From: an uncultured Planctomycetota bacterium
GTDB lineage: Bacteria; Planctomycetota; UBA11346
NCBI GenBank assembly: GCA_903902515.1
Contig: CAIUVD010000276.1
Span: 938-64,937, forward strand
Direction of reading: 5' to 3'
Length of the DNA stretch: 64,000 nucleotides
Under the pieces are notes generated by a model. That model had not been told where the DNA came from. It saw only the letters and a program-made list of their open reading frames with translations, and made no database searches. Of this stretch, positions 19,241 to 26,896 are shown one piece after another; position 1 is the stretch's first letter, and each line of letters begins with the position of its first letter. Position numbers and translations under genes: made by a program.

Positions 19241-20131
19241 ATGGCCGTACCAAGGATCGACATGACCTACATCCCCCCGGATCTCCTTCGTCCCATCGCG
19301 GCCTTCCGCGGGATGCCGGGCAAACAGTCGGATACCAGCTTCGGATGTGGGGTCCTCGTCAAACAACGGGGTTGGGATGTTCGGGATTTCACCCCCAGCT
19401 GCCTGGCGGTGGTCCTCTGCCTGCGTGGTGAAGGCACCTACACCGATGCCGCAGGCGAGTCCTGGCCGATCAAGGAGGGCACCTTATTTCTTCGCCGCAC
19501 CGGCCAGCGGCATTCGGTCCAGATTCATGACGAGGGCCAATGGGCGGAGTGCTGGATCGTTCTGGTGGCCGATATTGAGCAGGTCCTGATTGGATTGGGC
19601 ATGATGCCGGATCAGAATGTGGTGAACACCAAGATCGATCTGACCCTGATCCGGGAGATCCGCCGCACGGCCACGGCCCTGGCCTCCGCCGATGACCGTG
19701 CCCTGCGGCAGTTGATGGTGCGTTTGGTCGGCATTGTGGTCAGCCTTCTTGACCGCGTCGATGCCACCGCAGGTAATGACAGCTTTGATCTGAACCTGGC
19801 CTGTCGCCTTCTAGGAGAGGATCCCCGCTCAAACCTCCGCTTCGTGGCCCGAGAGATGGGCTTGTCCTGGGAGCGGTTCCGCAAGTTGTTCCGGCAGAGC
19901 GCGGGCACCTCCCCGGGGGCCTACCGCCTGCGCCGACGTCTGGAGCGGGCCCAGGCGGAACTCCTGGCCAATCAACGTTCGATTAATGATATCGCTTCCG
20001 AATTGGGATACGCGAATCCCTTCACCTTCTCGCGGCTGTTCCACCGCCACATCGGGTGTACGCCGACGGCTTGGCGTGCAGGCGGGCATCACACGACGCC
20101 TGGATCCGTGTCGGTGGTCGCGCAGGTGTGA
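19241..20131 (+). CDS. AraC-family transcriptional regulator
   Basis: The C-terminal double HTH is present (FVAREMGLSWERFRKLFRQSAGTSPGAYRLRRRLERAQAELL...INDIASELGYANPFTFSRLFHRHIGCTPTAWR). The track ORF (19067) overlaps the GH42 start. In-frame ATGs occur at 19169, 19187, 19241 and 19262, so the exact start is uncertain. Confidence 0.8.
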   Translation: MAVPRIDMTYIPPDLLRPIAAFRGMPGKQSDTSFGCGVLVKQRGWDVRDFTPSCLAVVLCLRGEGTYTDAAGESWPIKEGTLFLRRTGQRHSVQIHDEGQWAECWIVLVADIEQVLIGLGMMPDQNVVNTKIDLTLIREIRRTATALASADDRALRQLMVRLVGIVVSLLDRVDATAGNDSFDLNLACRLLGEDPRSNLRFVAREMGLSWERFRKLFRQSAGTSPGAYRLRRRLERAQAELLANQRSINDIASELGYANPFTFSRLFHRHIGCTPTAWRAGGHHTTPGSVSVVAQV

Positions 20132-20180
20132 TCCTGCCGACTCCCGGGGTGGTCTTGGATCTTGCCCTCCACGGGGGTCT

Positions 20181-21596
20181 TCAGGCGGGTGGCTGGTAAT
20201 TCTTATCCCCGCCAAGGCGCTTCCATTCACGGTATAACAACATGAGGAAGATGAAGGAGCCGAGGTAGCATGTCATGACCCAGAGAGGCACAAAACGATA
20301 GGCGTAGTCACGGTTGACGGTATAGTTCGCGATAAGGTCGATAAATGCCCCGCTGGCGATGCCAGACACCATCAACACCACCGAACGGAACATCGCATTG
20401 GCGGAACAGTACTGGCCATAACGCTCCCGGGAAAGGATGCGCATGTACATGGGCATTTCGGCTGCGCCATAAATGGCTGAAATCGGTATCGCGATGATGG
20501 CGAAGGTGATGTAGAGGATCTTCGACTGCTCAGGACTTGGATCGGCGACAACGAAGTACATCCAAAGTATTTGGCCTCCGAACATCAAGATGGTGGAGAG
20601 GATCATCATCCGCAGGGGGTGGATGCGATCGACCAGGTAGCCGGCTGGAATGAAAAGGGCCGCTGAAACCAAGCCGGTTATACTGATAATAGTCCCATAG
20701 AGTTCCAAGGGCACACCGACGGATTTGGCGAGCAGGGGTGAATAGGCGCCCATCGGCCATGACATGCCGTAAAAGGCATTGGCGATGAAGAAATACCAAA
20801 AGATTCGATGTCCGAAGCATTCCCGGAAATAGCCCTTCACGGAGGCCAACAGACTGACTTCGCCAGACTTCGCCAGGGGCTCCAGGGGCGGATAGTCGGG
20901 TTCTTTGACCTTCCAGCACATCAAGCCGAAAGCCGTCATGTAGAGCACGGCCGCCAATAGGAAGATTTCTTCCATGTGGGTATTGGCGTAGCCAATCAGG
21001 AAGTAGTTGTAGGCCGAGCCTGCGAGGGTTCCGACGATGCGGAACATGGCCATGAAGCGTCCAAGGTAGGCGGCCGGGACCACGTCGTTAAACAAATAAT
21101 AGAACGTGGAAACGATGAACATGTTGAAGAACTGAAACGCGACCATGAAGACCGAAATCATGATCACGATCGCAGTTGATTCCGAGACCATGGGCAGAAT
21201 GGTGCTGTGCAGGGCCTTGCCGATGGGCTCGCTGTAGCCGAGCAACACCAAGAAGATGGCCAGGAAGGGCGTCGCGGCGGCCAGGAACGGAATGCGCCGC
21301 CCCCACCGACTGCGATAACGATCGCTTTGGACACTGATCACGGGGTTCATGAAGAACGTCAAGCCTGAGGGAATCGAGGTGACGATCAGCCCGATCAACC
21401 AGTTGGGAGCCTGCATGTCATTCAGGCGGATGGTGACGATGCTGGGCACCACGGTTTCCATGAGGGTGAAACAGAAGTCCCCCCACAGCAGCCAGAAGAA
21501 CAGGGCGGCGAGGCACATCCGGGTGTACGTGCGATTGCCCACTTGGCCGATGATAGGAGGGCCCGCGACGGGCTGATGAGATTCCATGGTGGCCAT
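20181..21596 (-). CDS. MFS-type sugar transporter (GPH/oligosaccharide:cation symporter-like)
   Basis: 471 aa with about 12 hydrophobic segments. It is rich in Phe/Ile/Tyr/Met and lies inside a CAZyme locus. The DNA is visibly lower in G+C than the flanks. Confidence 0.75.
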   Translation of the reverse strand: MATMESHQPVAGPPIIGQVGNRTYTRMCLAALFFWLLWGDFCFTLMETVVPSIVTIRLNDMQAPNWLIGLIVTSIPSGLTFFMNPVISVQSDRYRSRWGRRIPFLAAATPFLAIFLVLLGYSEPIGKALHSTILPMVSESTAIVIMISVFMVAFQFFNMFIVSTFYYLFNDVVPAAYLGRFMAMFRIVGTLAGSAYNYFLIGYANTHMEEIFLLAAVLYMTAFGLMCWKVKEPDYPPLEPLAKSGEVSLLASVKGYFRECFGHRIFWYFFIANAFYGMSWPMGAYSPLLAKSVGVPLELYGTIISITGLVSAALFIPAGYLVDRIHPLRMMILSTILMFGGQILWMYFVVADPSPEQSKILYITFAIIAIPISAIYGAAEMPMYMRILSRERYGQYCSANAMFRSVVLMVSGIASGAFIDLIANYTVNRDYAYRFVPLWVMTCYLGSFIFLMLLYREWKRLGGDKNYQPPA

Positions 21597-21649
21597 GTTG
21601 GGGTCCTGGGGGAGTTAAGCAAATACCTGCATCGCGAGAGGGCTCGGCC

Positions 21650-22360
21650 TCACATGGTGCTCCAATAGCGTACGCGGTTGTTTGCTGATGTGGGGAACCG
21701 ATCCCTCAGAACCGCGTGGCTGCGTCCGAAAGCACTACCATCACCCAAGACGACATTGGCATTCTTCTTGTGACGGAATGCGACGGTATTTTGCGAAAAA
21801 ATCCCTTCGGGTACCGGCGGATTCTGCGTCAGGTACTTGGGGTTGATGAAATCAAAATTCGTGATCTCAAAGTCGAGGGCGTCAAGAAACGTGATTAGGC
21901 TTCCCGAGGCTCTGCTGCGGATTGTTGGGCCTACATTACCAAGCGTTCGGTTTGGGTTCTGGGTGTTATACCCGTAAGAGAGTTCGAGGTTGATCAGGCC
22001 GGAGTTGGTCGCTCGGACCGCATAACGCATGGTTGGGCACAGCAGCTTGGCAGGGACCTTGGTATCATTGTTATTCGTAACGGCATCATCGGTGAAATAG
22101 GCAAGGAAGGTGGGATTCGCACGCCAAACATTTGCCTTCTGATCCCCTGGGAAGAGGTGGTAGACCGCCACAAAATAACCCCGGTTCTCTTGCGCATAGG
22201 CGATGTTCGCTAACTGCATCTGCCGGAGATTACTGAGGCAATTGGTGGATTCGGCCATCCTACGCACCATGCCGAGGGTGCCAAACGCCAAGCTGGTCAG
22301 GATAGCAAGGATGACCAGGACCACGAGCATCTCGATTAGGGTGAAGGCGCTCTTTGGCAT
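21650..22360 (-). CDS. Prepilin-type N-terminal cleavage/methylation domain protein with a C-terminal H-X9-DG motif (DUF1559 family)
   Basis: The N-terminus MPKSAFTLIEMLVVLVILAILTSLAF is pseudopilin-like. The C-terminus FRHKKNANVVLGDGS fits H-X9-DG. GGAG lies 5-6 nt upstream of the ATG. Confidence 0.85.
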   Translation of the reverse strand: MPKSAFTLIEMLVVLVILAILTSLAFGTLGMVRRMAESTNCLSNLRQMQLANIAYAQENRGYFVAVYHLFPGDQKANVWRANPTFLAYFTDDAVTNNNDTKVPAKLLCPTMRYAVRATNSGLINLELSYGYNTQNPNRTLGNVGPTIRSRASGSLITFLDALDFEITNFDFINPKYLTQNPPVPEGIFSQNTVAFRHKKNANVVLGDGSAFGRSHAVLRDRFPTSANNRVRYWSTM

Positions 22361-22755
22361 GGGATCTCCGCCGGCAGTCGGGCATTGGTGAGGCCGCTGA
22401 TGTTACCCTTTCGCCTCAGGACTTGGAATGACCACGATGGGGATTTCCTGTCTTTTCTGGCACCTGGGGTCCGGGTGACCGGCGTTGCGGATCTCCCTGA
22501 CGATACTCGGCCTGACGGACGAGGTCTTGCTAAGGGTGCCACGGTGAAGCTCCTGGTGAGCGGCAGCACGGCGGACCGGCTGTCGACCAGAACCGTGTCG
22601 AGCCCGGCCTTGGGCACGAACGTACGACGAGCCTCAACCCGCTACCGCAGGCAGACCACCGCGATGAGAATCGTCACCGTGGGTTCCATCCCTGCCGATA
22701 CGAGATCGAGCCCGCATCCTGGGCTGCCCCTCGGAGGATTCGAGAAATGGGAGGT

Positions 22756-23862
22756 TTATGGGGTTGGGGATCCCTCGGTAATTTCCCGAAGTTCGGCAAA
22801 AAACGCACGCTTTCGCGCGGATTCACTACGCCAATCAATCGGCAGGGATTGATACCCTTCACGATGAGGCTCCCCCTTACGGCGGTAATCGAACCAGCCC
22901 CAGGAGGCATGGTGAGCGGTGGCGACGCCGAAGTTGTGCTGGGGCTGATCGAAGCCTTCATGGTCGTCCTCATTGAAGAGAATGGGCATGGGTCGGTAGC
23001 CGGGCACCAGACGGGTGCGTTGCACCATGTGCCCGATGTCCTCTGGGTTGTGAACGCCATTGCCATGGAGGAGGATGAAGTCGGAAGCCTGGACGATCGA
23101 TTCCCGGGGGACCACGCCGCCACAGCCGCTGGTGCCGGCCTTCAGGCGGTGACCGTCCCGTTGGTGGCCCTGGACCCGCTTGATGAGTTCCGAGATCCGC
23201 TCGGGTTGCAGGATGGCACGGTCATAATCGGGATGGCCCGTTTCATTGGCAATTTCAATCAGGACGTTTCGCCAACCCCCCGCAAGAATCCATTGGGTGG
23301 CTTCGTCGGTGGCTCGCAGGACCGCCTCCTCATCCCGGAGTCGCTGATCCTGACCAAAATAGAAATAGCCCAAGATCACGACCATGCCGAGACGGTCGGC
23401 TGCTTCCAGAACCCGGGTCAGGCGGCGGGTGAATGCCGGGCGGAGGGTTCCGTCCTCGTGAAAACCGCTGCTGTTCCACGGCTGGGCGGCTGAATAGCCC
23501 TCGGGGGACCCGCCTTGCAGATTGACGGTGATGGCAAGCAGCCCGTGTTCCCTCCAGGAGGGCATGGCGGCGATGAATTCGGCAACGTTACGCTCGGGGT
23601 CCCAAGTTTTGGTATCGGGATATGCCCACCGGACGGCCGTCTCAGGATTCAGGTCGTCGAAGACCGCCTGGACCATCCGCAGGTTCCCTAGGAGTCCCTC
23701 GACCCGGTGGCCCTGCCAGTGACGACCCTCGTAGGTCGGACGACCGTTGAGGTGAAAATCTGCACCGACGATCTCGACGATAGTCCGAGTGGTGGTGGCC
23801 TCGACCCCGCTTAAGGGGGGAATCCCCATGAGCAGCACCATCAGGATGCAGAATCGGAACAT
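22756..23862 (-). CDS. Secreted TIM-barrel glycoside hydrolase, GH5-like (cellulase superfamily; tentative)
   Basis: ATG 23862 gives the signal peptide MFRFCILMVLLMGIPPLSG. IEIANETG resembles the GH5 N-E acid/base strand. The track start at 24015 adds 51 non-signal residues. Confidence 0.55.
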   Translation of the reverse strand: MFRFCILMVLLMGIPPLSGVEATTTRTIVEIVGADFHLNGRPTYEGRHWQGHRVEGLLGNLRMVQAVFDDLNPETAVRWAYPDTKTWDPERNVAEFIAAMPSWREHGLLAITVNLQGGSPEGYSAAQPWNSSGFHEDGTLRPAFTRRLTRVLEAADRLGMVVILGYFYFGQDQRLRDEEAVLRATDEATQWILAGGWRNVLIEIANETGHPDYDRAILQPERISELIKRVQGHQRDGHRLKAGTSGCGGVVPRESIVQASDFILLHGNGVHNPEDIGHMVQRTRLVPGYRPMPILFNEDDHEGFDQPQHNFGVATAHHASWGWFDYRRKGEPHREGYQSLPIDWRSESARKRAFFAELREITEGSPTP

Positions 23863-24102
23863 GACCGGCTTTCTGAGATGTACCGACCGGTGGTCGGTGA
23901 CGACACGGGGCGGCAGAGTCAGATCCCCACCAGGGAATCCCCAGTTGGTCCTCCCAGGATGCCCTTTGATCATCCGACAAACGCCTTCTTCGCCATGGCT
24001 CAGGTGGCCGCTCACCTACCACAAGTGGACTGACTTCGCGGTCAAAGGGCACTGGCCGCAAGTCGGGCGAGCCATCCCTCCATGAAATGACGCATCTCAG
24101 AT

Positions 24103-24435
24103 TCAGGGATTCCAGAGGGTGATAACATGGGCCTCCGGATAGCCCGAAGTCGCCACATGTCCGTCCCCATACACCGCGTTCAGTTTGTGACGATGACGGA
24201 AGGCCGAGGTAGAGGCGATGGAGACGCCTTCTGGCTGAGTAGGCCCCACCCCGGCATTACCGCTGACCCAATAGGCTGCGCTGAGGGTTTTCACCCGGGC
24301 TGAAAGCAGGGCTGCCGTGGCATGATCGAGGGGAGGACTGCCCCAGGCGTGGGCGAGCACCTGGGAGCGTTGCGAGAAATACCGTCTTACCCGATCATCG
24401 GCGTCGGCGTTCTTGGTCCGGGGTTCATCTTTGGG
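24103..24435 (-). pseudogene. Chimeric gene remnant: a fragment of a GH78-like C-terminal region (with an internal deletion) joined to the C-terminal H-X9-DG part of a DUF1559 gene
   Basis: In-frame translation reads ...TKNADADDRVRRYFSQRSQVLAHAWGSPPLDHATAALL... This matches ARNAFADDRAGRFFSQHIQVLAHACGD and CHAWGSHPLYHATAALL of the 26897-29287 protein. It then continues EGVSIASTSAFRHRHKLNAVYGDGH, matching EGIFSQNTVAFRHKKNANVVLGDGS at 21650-22360. There is DNA-level similarity of 24304-24352 to 27127-27176 and of 24341-24400 to 27394-27455. There is no ATG and the track start is GTG 24360. Confidence 0.55.
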
Positions 24436-24501
24436 ATGGGGGAGAGGGCTCGGGCGGAAGCCTGGGGCGGGCAGCGGTTCTCCACGGATTTTTGCACAGG
24501 C

Positions 24502-26811
24502 TCATAAATCTACTCTGGTAGGAAGGCCGCTGGAAAGGCGCACGATGCGTGACGTTCTTTGCGGGGTCTCGATGGTCACTTCCTGATCGGTGTCGGAAAT
24601 CAGTACGGCATGGCTCGTGTTCTCCTGCCACGTCAGGACTTCGACGAGAATGCCCCCGCGTAGGCGAATCCCGCGCAGGGTGCCGTTCCTCCATTGGGCC
24701 GGTCGCGCTGGGAAAAATCGGATGCATCCCGGATCCGCATACACCAGGGCTGAGGCGCACAGGTAGGGAAAGCCACCGGAAATATCCGCATTGAACAAAT
24801 TATCGCGGTTGTGGAGGGAGCCCATACCCGTCGTCCAGAACCCGGTGACCAGCTGGTTGATGGTACGTTGGGTCAGTTCGGCATTGCCCAGGTGGGCGGC
24901 AGCCAAGCCGTTCTGAACCAATCCAAAGGCCATGAATCCCCCACTTTCCAGGCCCGGCAGGCGGAGCCGGATGGTGCGCTCCGCCGCCGCGCGGAGTTGC
25001 GGATTATTCAGGATCTCTGGCGGCATGTCGTCGAAGAGCTGATAGAGCTGCGAGACGTGACGGTGGACGTGACTTTCCTCAAGGCCGGGCCAGAGCCATT
25101 CGCGGAAGGAGCCGTCCGTCGCGACTTGGTAGTCGGGGAGGCGGTTGAGCAGTGATGTCCAGGTCTTTTGGAGATCGTGATCGACCTGGAGGTGCTGAGC
25201 CACAGCGATGACATTGCTCAGCAGCTGCTTAGCGGCTCCGATTTCCATCGTGGCATTGATCGCGACCCGGCAGTTCTCCTCGCCGCCCGGGGAGTTCTCG
25301 GGTGAGAAGGAGGGCGCAAAAATCAGTCGACCGTTGGCATCGCTCTCGGTGAGGAAATCTTCGTAGAAGGTTGCGGCTTCCTTCATGAATGGATAGGCGT
25401 GCTGGGCCAGGAAGGTTTCATCCCCGGTATAGCGGTAGTAATCGTAGTAAGAGAGGCTGGTCCAAGCGGCTCCCGCATACCACCAGAGGTGGGGATAGAC
25501 CGGGGTGAAATCGGTCGCCCATGGTCCCATGGTGACTTGGGCAGGAATGTGGATGCCGCGGGTGCCGAACAGGGTTCGTGCGTTTTCAGCGAAGCCCGGC
25601 AGGCGCTCGTCGTGGTAACGGAAGTAACCCTGCATCAGTTCGGGCGTGTTGCCCATCAGCAAGAAGGAAATCGCACAGGGCAGGTTCCCGTTGGTCGTGA
25701 TACTTCCGGACCAGGGCGAAAGGCTGTTGGCGGCCCACAGGCCTTGAAGATTTGGCGGATTAAGGCCCGTGCAGCAGATGATGTTGTAACGACCGGCGGC
25801 GAAGGCGCGCTCAATCATGGCGAGGGGCGTCGGATGGCTGCGAGCTTGCCGATTGAGGTTTTCGCTCGATTTGGCCCGGTCTTCCTCCGGGGCATCAAGG
25901 GAGAGGCTGACGCGACCCATCAGGTTTCCGTGGACCCGGACCTGGTCGTCCCGCAGCGCGGCGTAGCTGCTGCCGAGCGCCATCAATTCCGTTACCGCCA
26001 CGGAGTGGGGAACCTCTCGGCCTGATTTTGGCAGGAGGCGAATCTGGACCAGAACGAGGATCTCCGTCGCTCCCTCAATGCGGACCTCGTGGCCGCTTTC
26101 CCGGCGAGTCCCACCCTGGGCGATAATCGCACCAATGACTTCGTAGCCGCGATGGGGGTTGAAACGGTTGGCGTTGGCAAACCGACGGCGGAACGAAAGG
26201 CATCCATCCTCGATGGCGGACGTTGTCTGGGAAACACCGGCTTCCACGAATTTCCGATCCGCTTCGTTAGCGGGTTCCGATGCGCTGAACGAAAAGGTGG
26301 CGGACTGCGGCCGGGATCCCCTCAGGCGGATGACCAAGACGCCGGCCGGGCGCGAGGCGAACACGGTCCTGCGAGAAACACCGTTTCCATCCGCGACCGT
26401 GACTGCCGCCTCCGCCGCCATGAAATCAACCGAACGTTGATAACGGGTGATGGTGGTCTTCGGCTGTGAGATGCGCAAGCTACAGGCCGCCAAAAACTGA
26501 TCGCGCTGGTCGTCGTAGTTGTTCTTCGCGCGGAGCGTGGTGATCGCATCGGCCGCCTCCGTGAATTTCCCTTCTAAACAAAGTCTCCGCACGGAAGCCA
26601 AGCCCATATCCAGGTTCGGATAGTTCTCGTTTACCGTGTTGGGCATGTACAGCCCGGCATGGGTGAGATGCAGGACTTCGTCATGAGGCCGACCCATAAC
26701 CAGGGCGCCAATCGTGCCGTTACCGGTCAGCAGGGCATGACTCCAGTCGTCAGCTGGTTGGTCGCTGACAAACCCCAGTTCAGGATGATCGAAATCGTGA
26801 TGAGGAGTCAT
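24502..26811 (-). CDS. Glycoside hydrolase family 95-like (alpha-L-fucosidase type)
   Basis: The N-terminus ALLTGNGTIGALVMGRPHDEVLHLTHAGLY is GH95-like. SFREWLWPGLEESHVHRHVSQLYQLFD resembles the conserved GH95 EW...HRH.SHL block. ATG 26811 (MTPHHDF...) is preferred over the track start at 27054, which overlaps the upstream gene. Confidence 0.7.
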   Translation of the reverse strand: MTPHHDFDHPELGFVSDQPADDWSHALLTGNGTIGALVMGRPHDEVLHLTHAGLYMPNTVNENYPNLDMGLASVRRLCLEGKFTEAADAITTLRAKNNYDDQRDQFLAACSLRISQPKTTITRYQRSVDFMAAEAAVTVADGNGVSRRTVFASRPAGVLVIRLRGSRPQSATFSFSASEPANEADRKFVEAGVSQTTSAIEDGCLSFRRRFANANRFNPHRGYEVIGAIIAQGGTRRESGHEVRIEGATEILVLVQIRLLPKSGREVPHSVAVTELMALGSSYAALRDDQVRVHGNLMGRVSLSLDAPEEDRAKSSENLNRQARSHPTPLAMIERAFAAGRYNIICCTGLNPPNLQGLWAANSLSPWSGSITTNGNLPCAISFLLMGNTPELMQGYFRYHDERLPGFAENARTLFGTRGIHIPAQVTMGPWATDFTPVYPHLWWYAGAAWTSLSYYDYYRYTGDETFLAQHAYPFMKEAATFYEDFLTESDANGRLIFAPSFSPENSPGGEENCRVAINATMEIGAAKQLLSNVIAVAQHLQVDHDLQKTWTSLLNRLPDYQVATDGSFREWLWPGLEESHVHRHVSQLYQLFDDMPPEILNNPQLRAAAERTIRLRLPGLESGGFMAFGLVQNGLAAAHLGNAELTQRTINQLVTGFWTTGMGSLHNRDNLFNADISGGFPYLCASALVYADPGCIRFFPARPAQWRNGTLRGIRLRGGILVEVLTWQENTSHAVLISDTDQEVTIETPQRTSRIVRLSSGLPTRVDL

Positions 26812-26896
26812 AAATGTGCTTTCCCTGAATGACGAATGCCGGACACGCTGCGCATGACGGAACGGGTCATGTCGACCTGGGTGACGCCATGGACTC

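Noticed and set aside
22361-22755. A tRNA, tmRNA or SRP RNA gene in the 395-bp gap
   Set aside because: I found no GGTTCGAATCC-type T-loop or its complement, no CCA-proximal acceptor pairing and no SRP-like GGAAGCAGCC motif by eye. This cannot be excluded without a covariance-model scan, so it is reported only as an unexplained gap.
24358-24504. The possibility that the remnant ORF is expressed by read-through of the GH95 TGA stop (24502-24504), with which it is in frame
   Set aside because: An in-frame arrangement has a one-in-three chance expectation. No recoding signal is apparent, and the downstream sequence is a deleted chimeric fragment.
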